A stretch of 64,000 bases of DNA from Malacoraja senta (GCA_038087875.1 CM075991.1:2108001-2172000), one strand, 5' to 3'; counted from the stretch's first letter, positions 12,701 through 25,521 are shown. Notes: generated by a model from the sequence alone, not told the origin. Numbers and translations are program-made.

Positions 12701-14400
12701 TGTATACCTATTTCAATCGATTCCTATATACCTACCAAAGAAGTCTTTTTTTAAACTGGATTCAGACATTACTAATTTTATATGGGACTATAAATCACAT
12801 AGAATACAAAGAACACACTTGAACAAAGCTAAAGTATTAGGGGGCTTAGCACTCCCTAACTTCATGTATTATTATTGGTCAGGAAATATTAAAAATATGA
12901 TTCAACTGATGGACAACTCTGCCCAGCAAGTGGACTGGATTGTAATGGAGAGAGAGGACTGCTCCTCTGGAAACATTGGAGCGATCCTCCTCTCACCAAT
13001 GAAACTGAATAACATAAATTATAACAAAAACCCAATTACACATAGTACAATCAGAACTTGGAAACAAATAAAACAAAATTTAAAATTAAGAAATTTATCG
13101 CTTTTATCTCCCATAGTTAATAACCCTTTGTTTAATCCCTCTATTACAGACAAATCTTTCATACAATGGGATAGACTAGGAATTAAAACTTTCGGTGACT
13201 TGTATGAAACTGGAAAATTACTATCATTCCAACAATTACAAATAAAATATAAACTCGGAAAAAATCAATATTTTAAATATTTTCAAATATGTGACTATTT
13301 GAAAAAATACACAAAAGATCATTATAATAGCCCAGCAGATGTATTGGATGAAGCAATGCAGATAAAAGCTGAATCAGCAAACTTAATATCATATTTGTAT
13401 AATATTATCTTAAATGTAGAAATACCATCTACGGAAGGTATTAGAAGAGACTGGGAACAAGAATTAGCTATTAAAATCTCAAAGGAAAGGTGGAATGAAC
13501 ATTTATTAAACGTGCATAAACGTTCGATTAATGTAAGACAGCCTTTAATACAATTTAAAATTTTACATAGATTATATTATTCCAAAACTAAAATCAATAA
13601 AATTTCCCCAAATGTATCATCCATTTGTGATAAATGTCAATCTCAAGAAGCTACTATAGCGCACTCATTTGTTTTCTGTACAAAAATTCAAAAGTTTTGG
13701 ATTGAAATTTTTGAAATCTTTACAAAATTATTTAAAATAAAACTGATACCCAAAGCAGAATGGATTATCTTCGGAACAACGGAAGATAGTCCAGAACTAA
13801 ATGTGTTCCAAAAGAAATTAATAGACTATGGGTTAATAACTGGAAAAAAGTTAATCCTAAAATTCTGGAAAAACGCTCCAATACCAACTATAACATGTGG
13901 ATTTCAAATATGTTCGAAACATTACACCTAGAAGAGATAAGACTCCTCCTGGCAGGTAAACCAGATCACTTCCACCTGACGTGGTCTGTATTTATAGAAT
14001 TATTACAAGTATAGGGTGCAAAAGTACTTTAAAAAAAACTGAGTTCAGGTAAGGGGGGATGAAAGCTGGAGATGTCCCATTTGCGTGATGCTTACAAAAA
14101 AGTATTTATTTTTCTCTTTTCCCTCTTTCTCTTTTTTCTTCTTTTTTAGGGTCTATTTCTTAACTCTTTTTTTTTTAATTTCTTTCTTATAGGGTCTTTG
14201 TTCTTTTTTGTTGTCACGTTTTTTACACTTTCACTTTTTTCCTTCAATTTTTTCTTTCTCTCAATCTCATCCTTTCCCTTTATTAGTGTAAAAATTAAAC
14301 GGAGTACATTAATTGTAATAAGACATATGTGACGAGTACTAATGTAATTGGTTGTAATGTAATGTACTTCTAATAAATAAAAATTAAAAAAAAAAAAAAA
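12701..14400 (+). mobile_element. L1/Tx1-like LINE ORF2, 3' part + T-rich 3'UTR + poly(A)
   Basis: Continues the ORF broken at 2760 (..IFLPQ | LYLFQSIP..GGLALPN); C-terminal CDKC..H...C zinc finger; AATAAA and poly(A) at 14372-14400. Confidence 0.92.
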
Positions 14401-14444
14401 CTGAAGCTGGTGGCAGCTTGAAAGCACCAATCAGCTAATCAGTG

Positions 14445-14765
14445 TTTATGGCTCGTGTCAACTTCCCCGAGCACTATATCTGCAATAGAGCTGTTTACAT
14501 TAATTCTTCACGACCCACAGACATAGCAGTCCTCATGAGAGGCGATATATTTGCATCCCATGCGCCAACTCCTCGATCTGTCCCGAGGCGCCAGGATGTC
14601 GAGCTAGTCGTGCATCGTCTACCCCGGCATGCCTATTTATTTCGGCCCCACTGATGACCCCCTTCTCCCGACTCAAATACCCTTCCCCTTGGACAACCCC
14701 TGCCAGACGTCTAACCTCTCTCGACCGTTTGATCTCCTACTGCCACCACAACATCGACCACCGCT
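14445..14765 (+). mobile_element. Penelope-like element fragment (5' of DIRS copy 2)
   Basis: DVELVVHRLPRHAYLF..DDPFSRL..SPWT..LDRLISYC resembles the N-terminal region of fish PLE ORFs; continues after 19444. Confidence 0.6.
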
Positions 14766-16185
14766 ATTTTACTTCGGAGTCACATGAGTGACTACGTGAA
14801 GAAGACCGTCCCCGCGCCGCGCGTCATTACGTCTGTCATTGCGTTGCTGCTTTCCAGCGGTAAGTTTAAACCTAAAGGTAAGTTTAAAACTTAATTCGTG
14901 TTTTGTGTTGCAGGAAGCTCCTTGCAGAGCTTGCCTGCTGGATTCGGGGCGAAGTCCGGACGGGCCGCGGGGCTTTAGGACCGCGGGGAGCCCAGTCACG
15001 GACGGCAGGGAATCCCGGTCACGACCTCGGGGAAGCCCGGCCACGGACCATGGGGAACCCGCTACGGATACAGCGGAAGTGCGGGTAGCGGCTGGCGGTC
15101 AACATTTGCCTTTTTTCGAGTCACTGGCGGTAGAGCCAGCGGCTACAGACTTGGTGCCGGCAGTGAGCACCTTAGCTACCCCACAGGGGAGAAAAAAGTC
15201 TGTCGGGGCCCTGGATGAGTCGGGCCAGGAATACTCTCCTCCTTCTATGGGCAGTGTGATTGGAAAACTGGCCCATCTGGAGTACCTATTCGAGAGGTTG
15301 CTCCAAACAGATATGCTCCAAAAACAAAGGGAGCTCTCTGAGCCCGGGTATTACGGAGAACCCGCGGCAGCGGCACCTGTGTCAGGGCTGCTTGATGTCT
15401 CACTCTCTGAGGAGTGGAGCGTAAGAGGCCAGTTTTATACTGAGTCAGATGCAGGTGTCCTCAGAGGCCTGCGGCAGCACCTGTTCTCAGGGCTGCCTAC
15501 GAATCTCCCTCTCTGTGGAGGGGAGTGCGAGTGGTCAGTAGGTAACTGACTTCAAATTCAAAGTATGTCCGTGGAACATACTGGAGCACATGCATATGGC
15601 TCTAAGGAAATACTCGCATACGAAAGGGTTACTGCTTTGGGCAGAAAACCCGGAAGGGGCCAGAGTTTCCCCTCACGCTACAAGTGCCGGTAGTGAACAG
15701 CGCTATCAGGGGTGACATTGGAGGAAATGAAACCAGCCGCCGAATCTTATCTTCAGGTAAGACTTATCCAACAGGTATAACTGGATGAGGAAGCAAAAGC
15801 TGTCGGGCTGATTAAGGTACCAACAACGAACAAAGCTTCATCGTATCGGCTAAAAAATAAAAAATAAAACTGAAGCTGGTGGCAGCTTGAAAGTTGCGCA
15901 GAGGCCAAAGTCCATGCCGGTCTCAGGAAATGGAATCCACATACACTACCATTCCTACTCTCCAATCAAGGACGGGAATAGAACCCACATCAGGGGCCGT
16001 TGAGCTTACTATAGATCACCGGTAACCATGGAGGTAGGTGTGTCTGGTTCTTCCGAAACATGGGGTAAGTAGACCATTTACATGTTGGTAATATTTACAA
16101 TTGGTTTTTGTACAAATGATAATGATAGTATGAGATTGGGTTGTTATTGCACAGTACAATGGTACCAAGCTTGGTTTGGATTTGG

Positions 16186-16450
16186 GGCCAGAGTTGTCTT
16201 TCGATGGCAGGCTCAGTATTACGGCCAGGATTGCCTTCCGAGACAAGCTCAGGAATAAGCCAGAGTTGTCCTTCGATGCAGGCTCAGAATTATGGCTGGA
16301 GTAGCCTTTCAAGGCAGGCCCAGTATTATGGCCAGAGTTGTCTTTCAAGGCAGTCTCAGTATTATGGTCAGGATCACCTCTCGAGACAGGCTCGGGAATC
16401 TGGCCAGACTTGAGATTTAAGGCAGGCACGGAATTATGGCAGGCGTTGCC
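16186..16450 (+). repeat. ~36-bp minisatellite, ~7 degenerate units, inside DIRS copy 2
   Basis: Unit ~GGCCAGAGTTGTCTTTCAAGGCAGGCTCAGTATTAT. Confidence 0.85.
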
Positions 16451-18110
16451 TGTTTTATTGTAAGGATGGAGGATGTCGGTTCATAGTTGATTTAAACTCA
16501 CATTTGCAACATAGATTTTCAGTATATGGTACTTCGTTACTGTCTAACAAACTAATTTCTTTAAAGATCTTTATGGCATGCATCGATTTCAAAGATGCAT
16601 ACTATTTCAGGTCCCATTCACAGGGATCCCAGAAGTCATTTGGAATTTATCTGGATGGGGCAGGATAACAGTTAATGTGTTGTAAATGGGCTAATTTCAG
16701 CTCCCAGCTCATCTACCAATTTACTAAACTGGGACTGCTCAGAGCTCAAAAAACACTTGTTATGCCTTAACTGGACGAGATTCTTAATGCTGTGTTTTGC
16801 TAAAACTGTTTTTCAGCCGCAACTATATTTGAGAGATTGAGGTAAATTTAAGTTGATACCAACTACAGCTATTGTTTTCGGTTGTACCTTTAACTATTAT
16901 TTATCTGTGACTCCGCTCTGGGGCAAGAGATTGGAATTAATAGAAGCCTGTAACAACCTTGTTATCAAGCAGTCTTCTATTCATTAAGTGTAATTGGCAT
17001 TTAACAGCTGTGTTTCAACTGTGCAATTGGGCCTTTGCATAATCAGAACTTACAATGTGCAAATTAGTAATCTCTAAAGTGCCAGTTAACTCATTGTTAC
17101 AGACCTCTGCTATTACCAGCTGAAGCCATCAGGGTCACTATGGTGGATGAACAATACTCAGCATTGCTCCAGTAGTTTTGGTCAATAATCTTCACTTGTA
17201 TTTACAGACTGATGCTAGTGCTTAAAGATGGGAAATTACGAATGCCATCTCTAGTTATGGGGGAGATGGGATTTGCATGAATTACCAATTCTTCAGTTAT
17301 TGGTATCAACTACCTATAGACACTAGGTGCATACTATGGTTTAAAAGGTTTGTGGTGCTGATATGCATGATCTGCATGCTCAATTCCAGGTTGATACACT
17401 GTGGTGGTGGCTTATGTTGGTCACATGGGTGCAATCAAGTCAAAGTATCCTGTCATAATTTACCCAACTTTATTTGGCACTAGTGTATCATCACGTAAAT
17501 CAATGACAACACAGAATGGATGTTGTGTCACTAGTATTTTATGACATTATGCCTCGATGAAACACCAAATATCGATATGTTTACATCCAGGCTCATTCAC
17601 CAGGTTGTAAAGACATGTGGCATCGCAGTGGCAAGAGATACATTCTTGCTACACGATGGAGGAATGTCTTTTGTGGCGTTGCTCCATTTTACCTCATCAG
17701 ACGGGTCTTGCAATGATTCAGCAAGATCCCGCTTTAGGGTTTTTCGTACTGTCTGACTGGCCTATGTAGCCATGGTTTCCCGCAAATGTTGTGAATTATA
17801 GTAGAACCTTATATGGGGTTTCTAAACATAAATCTTGCTGGTTCGGCCTGGGAATCGGGGAACCAGCCTCTGTATGATTAATCAATTCATCTGAGAAGAC
17901 AGCTCCTGCAGCTTGGGTTGTCAGACCAATCCATGTATGTGCCGAATGCAGGGATAGCACCAAAAATAGCAGTATGTTTCCTCTTCAGGAGATGGGAAGC
18001 GTTCTGCTTAAGTGTTATGTTACATATAATACGGCACGGACGCCGACGTCTTAGAGTTCATTTTCTATGGGCCCTTGACATTAAATTAAGTTATAGTCCC
18101 ATTAACTGTG

Positions 18111-18253
18111 CTTAACGTGCTTTCTCATCATATATGCTGCAACGAGCGGGACCCAGCTCTGTCGGGTCTTGTCCTCTGATTCTTAACATGCTTTCTCATC
18201 ATATATGCTGCAGCGAGCGGGACCCAGCTCTGTCGGGTCTTGCCCTCTGATTC
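18111..18253. repeat. 71-bp tandem duplication inside the DIRS2 YR region
   Basis: CTTAAC(G/A)TGCTTTCTCATCATATATGCTGC... occurs twice. Confidence 0.9.
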
Positions 18254-19444
18254 TAGTTTATTAAGGATATCTTTACACATGTTCTCCCAGACCCAAGTAC
18301 ACGGAGTATGGGATATTGACATTGTGTTGACACTGCTTCGCTAGGGGGCTCCAACTATATCCCTACCTTGGGATCGGTAATACGTAAGGTATACCATTGC
18401 TGCTGTTCTCAGCACAACGGGTCCTGTCGTTACATAAACTGCGACTGAACAGGATGGTTATACTTACTTATATAATATTTCATGTTTACGATTTATTTAT
18501 GCAGGGTAGCCCAGGGGTGCCAGGTCTCAAACTAGTTCTCATGGCATACCCCCATGCACCTTCGGTTATGTGTGGTCACACGTTTACAACATTACGTCAA
18601 GGTCACCTAGAGACTTAGATGCTCTCATATTACCTATGTAGTTAGTTACTAATAATCTCATAAGAAGGTATCAGTTTAGATTACCTCCAGGTGGTTAAAA
18701 CGGGGTTCTGGCACATACAGGAGGAGATACTAATTTCTAATCTCACTCCACCAGGGCTGCTACTACATCAGCATCAAGGGTTATGTACGGTCCTCTGGAC
18801 CACATCCTGCCGACTGCAGGATGGTCTAACGTACGAGGTTTCCAAACATTTTATTTTAACCCATTGCCAGACCGGGTTAAAATAGTATTTGCCAACTCTA
18901 TTTTAGGTTCTAATTCATAATTTCCCCCCTCGGATGAGAGGGGTTACTTTTATTATTGTTATTTGTTCATTTATCAGCATCAGCATGTTTTAAATCTATG
19001 TCATGTTTGTATGCATTATGAATGTTTCCTTTATCTGTGGTCAACTCATGCAGTTGTGCTTGTGTGGACTCGTTTTCCACGGCATGAAATCCCAGAGCCT
19101 CAAAATCTTCGCGTAGTCACTCACGTGACTCCGAAGTAAAATAGTAAGATTAAACGAGAACTTACCAGTTTGAAGTCTGATCGTTATTTTATGAGCAGTT
19201 ACGATGAGGGATTACGTGCCCTGCGCTCCCGGCCCTCGTAACAGAACGAACTTTCTGTAAATTCTAGTCAACTTTAATCTTACTATGTTAGTTCAACAAC
19301 TGGTATCTGTGATTTCACACCGCAGCTTTGAAGATTGCCGCGCCCGCGTGGGGACGGCCATCTTCACGTAATCCCTCATCGTAACTCCTCATAAAATAAC
19401 GATCAAACTTCAAACTGGTAAGTTCGCGTTTAATCTTACTATTT

Positions 19445-20022
19445 CTCCACTACCCGACACGGCTCTCGACTCGCTCAATACTAGCATCAAACCCAATATT
19501 AGCATCAAACCCACTGACAAAGGAAGTGCTGTCGTAGTCTGGTAGATTGACCTCTGGCGTGCTGAGCCCAGGCGTCAGATCTCAGACACACCCATACACA
19601 CCATTGACACTGAACCAGTGACGCCTCCACAGCCTCCACCCCGTTTTCCCGTTGCGCAGTCGTTATAGTCCAGTTCCTTTACAGGTCCATTCCCCATCAG
19701 GAAGGCCTCGGGGCTTCCGTTACTTCCGCGAACAGATAACCAATCAGATTCCCTCGGCTAACATTCTGCTCCAGGGTCGAGACCAAGGGTGGACTCGGCG
19801 ACCGTTTTGCCGAACAAGCGCTCGGTCCGCCAAGGCCTATTGGATCTCCTGGTTGCTAACCGTTTTATCGCCCCTTCCAATCCCCATACTGCCCTTTCTG
19901 TCCTGGGCATTCTCCATTGATAGAGGGAGGCCACGCTCAAATTGGAGGAACAGAACCTCATATTATTCTTGTGCAGCTTGAATCACAACAGTTTGAACAT
20001 TAAATTCTCCACATTTAGGTAA
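19445..20022 (+). mobile_element. Penelope-like element remainder (RT start + GIY-YIG C-terminus, internally deleted)
   Basis: IKPTDKGSAVVVW motif at ~19504; KLEEQNLI...LNIKFSTFR* at the end. Confidence 0.75.
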
Positions 20023-20731
20023 ATGCAATTCCCCCCCCCCCCCCTCCTACCCCCCTACTTCGTTTGGTCTATCTGTGATAACTCTCTCCAGCCTCTTGAG
20101 ATCTCTGGGTCGATCACAGGGGATAGAATAGAATATCTACCGACACGTAGTAGAAACCCATTGATTCTCACAGCTACCTTTACTACACCTACACCCACGC
20201 CTCTTGCAAGGTCTCCATCTCTTACTCTGAGTCTCTCCGCCTCTTCTCCAATTGCTCCCAAGATAATGCTTCCACTCCAGGACATCTGAGATATCCTCTT
20301 CTCGTTTTAAGATTACAAAAAAACTAATGGGTGTTGTTTAGTGTCTCAGAGACACTCGTTTCTTGACAAAATAAGAACACATTAATATCAAACATCATCC
20401 AAAGTATTTATTAAGTTTTTCGATCTTTCGATTAAACACGGTGAGAATCAAAAAATATTACTGACCATAACCAGAACAATGTAAGGCGTGGTAAAACCGC
20501 GATTGCATTAATTTGATCTCCCGCGCTCTCTTAAGCAATTATGCAGAATATTGGAATATCTGCAATGTTCCCATTGATAAATTTAATTCGTATAGTGTCA
20601 CTGATATTTCACCATAGTCCTCATTGTTCGTTGGGAAATGCATCCTGAATTGCACAACTCCCAACCCACACATCGCTGGTGTCGGGATACAGACAGAGGA
20701 AGCAAACAATGAAATGTTTTCCTTACCGCCT

Positions 20732-20886
20732 TCATGGCTCTGATGTAAAACATGGAAACGAGTCGTCGACCCCAATGGGTGTTGCAAGGGCAGGGACAGT
20801 GAATGTGCCGCAGTGAAGTTGGTCATTGCTGTTTGTAGAGCAGGCAGCCGGGAAAGCAGGATCGGTGAGAATCTGCGGAGTCCGCT
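20732..20886 (-). CDS. SRCR receptor putative terminal coding exon (RTPQILTDPAF...FTSEP*)
   Basis: cccgcag acceptor, phase 1, open to TGA; downstream poly(A) signal. Confidence 0.5.
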
Positions 20887-21344
20887 CTGCGGGAGTGATA
20901 AAGAATGACAGGAATCTCAGTGCGTGAGAGACGGCATCGCACGGCGAGGTTTGTCCAATTATGGAAGAACGGCGATATTGTAATAATCATCAGGACGGAT
21001 TGTGTATAATTCTGTTTTGTGAAATGACCCGTTGTTGGTGCACGGTGACTGGGAATGGTTTCTGTTTTCTACCGCCATTCAAGTGCAGGTCTACAACACA
21101 ATATATGGAAAACAAAAGCCGCGATGAACATGCAATATCTGATAGTCATGTGGTCGACATTACAGTCGGGAGTGGCACCTTGTTGGAGTGAGAACAGAAC
21201 TGCTCGTGGGCTGCTTTCTCGGAACATTGTGTTTTATTTGATGAAAACTTTGAAGCACGGAAGTGAATACAGAAAAACTCAATCCGTGGAACGATTTTCC
21301 ACACAGATGCCCGGTTACTGTGGGATGGAAGAGACTGAACTCAC

Positions 21345-21476
21345 CGTCATTGTCGACATCTTCGCCGGCAACTGTGGTCTTCAGAAGGTCATCGTCGCCA
21401 GCGCCCATCGAGAACAGACAGCCCGGAGAAGCAATGGTTTTACTCTCGGTATCGTCATAATCGTCAGGAACCAGGT
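21345..21476 (-). CDS. SRCR receptor cytoplasmic exon (DLVPDDYDDTES...DND)
   Basis: ctcctag / gtgagt; 132 bp phase 1-1; YDD motif. Confidence 0.8.
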
Positions 21477-21918
21477 CTAGGAGGAAGCATAAGCCAGAAT
21501 TATGGTCCTGAAAGTCAATATTGTACAGCAAGCTCCGCCTGATGAGAGATTCTGTTGATCGTGTGAATGGGGATTTGGAAGGAGAGAGGATCTTGAGCCG
21601 TCTTGTGGCGATGAACTAATTAATCGCGCATCAAACCTGCGCATTCATTTCACACAGCAAGGCCTACAACGCATTGTGTGTCAATGGCGAAACATTGAAT
21701 GTTTTGTTCAATCACACAGCTGGTTCCAGACGAGAGATTGTTCTTCAAATTCAAACTCGATCACTGTTCTCTCGGAAAGCAAATCTCTTCCAACACCTTC
21801 AGATCTTTTCCCACTCATTTCTCGGCGGACATTTTTGCACACATTTCTATGTTCGTTTCTGATCACAGGCAGAATGAAATAAAATAAGAAAAAAAGGAAA
21901 ATAAAACTTTGTACCAAC

Positions 21919-22029
21919 CGTGAACGTTGGAGGAGTTTCCTTCGGGATGTTCTTGTGCAAGAAGAGAACCATCCAGAGGGTCGCTGGTGTCATATTCGAG
22001 TTGATTGATGGAATCAATGGAACCAGAGA
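21919..22029 (-). CDS. SRCR receptor cytoplasmic exon (SGSIDSINQLEYDTSD...NVH)
   Basis: cttttag / gttggt; 111 bp phase 1-1. Confidence 0.75.
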
Positions 22030-22532
22030 CTAAAAGACAACACAGCACAAGCGACAGTTATTAAACTCTCCAATTTCAGGTTCCATATTTTACTTGCAGT
22101 TTTCTTTCTCTTCTGATTCCAACTTCTGCCGCCCTTTGACTTCTCCATGTCTCCGCTTATCACCTCCAGCCTTGGTGTCGACCTCCACTCTTCACCCCCA
22201 AATTCACTCATCTGCAAATTACCCCCCCCCCCCCACCACCCGGTATGTATATACCTCTCATTTTTCAGATCTTGCCCCACCTCTTGCCCTCGATTCTTTC
22301 TATTATCTGCCTCCCCGTGGTCCTCTTGAAGAAGGGTCCCGACACCAAAGCCCCTCTGCTCATTTCCCGTCATAGATTCTGCCTGACCGCTGAGATCCTC
22401 CAGCAGATTGTTTTTATTGCATGACGTATCTGTTGTTTTTGTTTTCTTTTTATTAAGTGATCATTAATGCGATTTTTGGAATTGAGGCCATATTTACCCT
22501 TTCAAAAGTGGATGACAGGTGCAAATACTCAC

Positions 22533-22640
22533 TTGAATCATGTGTCAGACTGAAATTCTTGGCAGCAGGAATATCCTCAATCTCTTCATAAATTGCCTGG
22601 TAAAAGACGATCGGTGATCCCCTGCCACTAATATCTGCAG
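22533..22640 (-). CDS. SRCR receptor cytoplasmic exon (FYQAIYEEIEDIP)
   Basis: ggcag / gtgagt; 108 bp phase 1-1; YEEI motif of the type found in WC1/CD163L tails. Confidence 0.85.
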
Positions 22641-23395
22641 CTGCCGGAGACACGGTTGGGTTTAACTTACTGACATGCAAGACTTGAATTTAACAGTTCA
22701 ACCTTTGTGAACAAGATGCAAAATGGTAACGCGTTGATAATCAAGGTAAAGTGTTGGTGAGCAGAAACATCGAAGAATCCCGCTGCACGGATAATGTCTA
22801 ATTGCATAAACGAGCTAATGATATTAACATCAGGAAGATCTAAAGCATGCTGCGTCAGTAAGACTTCCTCGCGTTGACGCCGATTACATTCTGGGTGGCG
22901 TTGCTAGGTTTTTGCAGATAGCAGCAGTGTGGCGGACGGTGACGAGAAAATAAAAGTTTCGCAGATTTGTGAATTTAGGAAGTGACAGATAAGTGAGAGA
23001 TAAGGATTGCGTTGCATCAAATGAATGTTAAGAGATGGTGAATAAGGAAGTCCTAGTTCATTAAACGCGAGGAAAGTACAACATCTCGATGTGATGAATA
23101 GAATCTAATCAGAATGTTCGAGGTTCTGCAGCGGGTTCGCATTAGTGAAATGAGCCAAATGTTGAACAGATATTTGAACGACGGTCACGTGACCAATCGA
23201 GCAGGCATCCAACAAGAAACCATTAACCTTTCCATTCTGTTACTACAAATGGAGAATTCGAATAGAACCGCTTAAAGAGTTACAAAATATACTTATTTCA
23301 TAATGCAAGAACATTGGGAAAAGTGGTTGGAACCGGAGTCTCACTGAGTTGTGAAATACTATCCGCAACAATAATTGTGTAAAGTTGAACCTCAC

Positions 23396-23512
23396 CTCTT
23401 TTTGCTGCCCGTCTCCGTGATATCATCATCAGTGCGAGTAATTCACCGATGAGGAGGATTCCAAGGGTTATACAGGCGACAACAATCATAGAGGGCATCT
23501 TATTCCCCAACA
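23396..23512 (-). CDS. SRCR receptor transmembrane exon
   Basis: tttcag / gtgagg; MIVVACITLGILLIGELLALMMI followed by RRRAAKR stop-transfer sequence. Confidence 0.88.
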
Positions 23513-24876
23513 CTGAAATACAAATTCAGGGATAACTTCATAACAGACGTTGTAGCTCCATAGTTAAAGCAGGCGCAGCGAACTTTGATTAATTGTCACC
23601 TCTGATTGTGCATCTTCCTTCGACACGAATGTTCCCAATAATCCTCTGGGGCATTGCAGCAGATTAACACGTGAGTGGAAACCAATTAAAAGACTAATTC
23701 TCAATCAGGCCTGGTTTATCAGGACTATCCCTTGCATAGTGGTCCCCATTGGCTGCAGGCCGCGTGATTTCTCATGCCATGGAGGACAAACTCGACCGAA
23801 GCAAGTTACATTTCCACGCACAATTCTGGATTTGGAACGTTTGCCCGTTCAAGAATACATGAAAATATCCCCAGAATAGCCGCGTCTGCAAATAAGTTGT
23901 GTGATTCAATGATCATCACCAAGCATCTCGCGATAGAGGAACTCGAATAGGATACATTTTCGGAGTCGAGCCTGAACTAGTTTAATGTAAACAAGACAAG
24001 CAATAACACTCATAATTAGGGCTCTGCCGTTGACGTTTTGTTTTACATTTTCCTGCCGATGACCACTACACAGGGGTTATGACGGCACAAAGAGATGTGG
24101 TGAAATCAACGGAATTCTCTGTCGTGCTGGGCGGAACGGGATGAATACAGAACATATCAGAAAGTCCTGATTCCTAACCAGTGGCGCCCTGTATCCAACT
24201 AGCAGATACATAATTATATTCAAACATAATGTGTATCCACAGAGCTCGGCACACACCCGGTGTCATAAAATCCAAATCAGAGGAAAACTGACACCAAGAA
24301 GTGCATGTCCTAAATGGTGACATCGTTTTGCTCAGGATTATGCTTGTTACAAAGCGCCGAACATGTATGATATGCACTAAGAGTAAGTCATCAGGGGTAT
24401 TTCGACAATACTTTATAAAAGAGCGAACCCTTTTCTCCACTGACTCGAAATACAACCGTCAGTTAGGAATAATGACACCGACAAATTCTTCTCAACGTCA
24501 CAACTTATCTTGGTTCCAACACATGATACGAATTCATTAATAGCAGCTACTCTAAAATCAGTAATCCTAACCGAAAAGCGCATAGAAATTCTACCAACTG
24601 CCACCTTTCATTGAGGCAGCTGATCGCCACTTTATTGGGGGTGTCGAGGGCGGACAACAATGCGGACGTCCGCATTCTGTGACGTCACAAAGATATTTTG
24701 GCTGGAGTTGGACACACAGTTTTAGAAGTTTACAAGACTGGTTTGAATACTGGGCTAAACAATGTGTAAACTATCCATCGTGTACTTTAGTAATGAGCAA
24801 ATCGTACCAAACGAGTATCAGCATTGTCAGCAAAGATTGGAATTCAAAAAATTTACATCGAGTGAATAATAAATAC

Positions 24877-24912
24877 CTGGAATGCTGGAGCCAGTGGGAG
24901 TCAAAACTGGAC
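24877..24912 (-). CDS. 36-bp Pro/Ser/Thr stalk exon (GPVLTPTGSSIP)
   Basis: ttcacag / gtattt; phase 1-1. Confidence 0.7.
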
Positions 24913-25046
24913 CTGTGAACATATTTGCAAACGAATATTGTCAACTTAATCTAATTAGGTTTTCTGCATTAAAGAAACTAAAAATCACATTTAATTATGA
25001 TTTTAAAGTGTTATAATGATCCAGGAATCTGTCAAACAAGACGTAC

Positions 25047-25358
25047 CGGAACAAATAACAATGACATCTTCCTTGTGATCACAGTCATGCTGACCGAGCG
25101 GTGAAGCCAGACAACGGGACAGGAATGATTCAGTTCCTGTGCATTTGACTTCATCCAGCCAGGTATCCCCGGAGACTGGGGCAATGGGAGCCGCTCCTGG
25201 AGTCCAACGAGCAGCGCCACATCCCAACTGTCTGCAGACGACATTGGCATCGGCAACATCCCAGGAGTCATCACACACTGTGCCCCAGCTGTTGTTGAAC
25301 AATAACTGAACCCTTCCTGAGCAATTGTTGCTGCCGCCATCAAGCCGCAGTGGTAGAT
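25047..25358 (-). CDS. SRCR domain exon (membrane-proximal)
   Basis: LRLDGGSNNCSGRV..WGTVCDDSWD..VCRQLGCG..WLDEVKC..HDCDHKEDVIVIC; 312 bp; 8 Cys. Confidence 0.95.
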
Positions 25359-25446
25359 CTGTAAAGTTAAAAATAATCACATTATGCGTTAAATACACAT
25401 GCGGAATTGACGTCAGGCTGATGCTAAAATTAATAAGATGACTCGC

Positions 25447-25521
25447 CTGGTAAACGGCGAGATTGAGATTCATTTCCTTCGTCACAGGCTTTTCCACTGG
25501 ATCTCTCTGGCATTTCGGCAT
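25447..25521 (-). CDS. 75-bp inter-domain linker exon (DAEMPERSSGKACDEGNESQSRRLP), GC donor
   Basis: ctccacag acceptor; CAG|GCGAGT donor; phase 1-1. Confidence 0.7.

Larger units (their letters stand above)
14766..19444 (+). mobile_element. DIRS1-like retrotransposon (copy 2, related subfamily), heavily decayed
   Basis: Same termini as copy 1 (ATTTTACTTCGGAGTCAC...TAATCTTACTATTT); ICR ~19105-19217; remnants IDFKDAYY (~16583), QTDASA (~17205), SAQRV, HSTRAATTS (~18743). Confidence 0.9.

Noticed and set aside
16186..16450. CRISPR-like array (36-bp repeats)
   Set aside because: Units are contiguous with no unique spacers, there are no cas genes, and the context is eukaryotic
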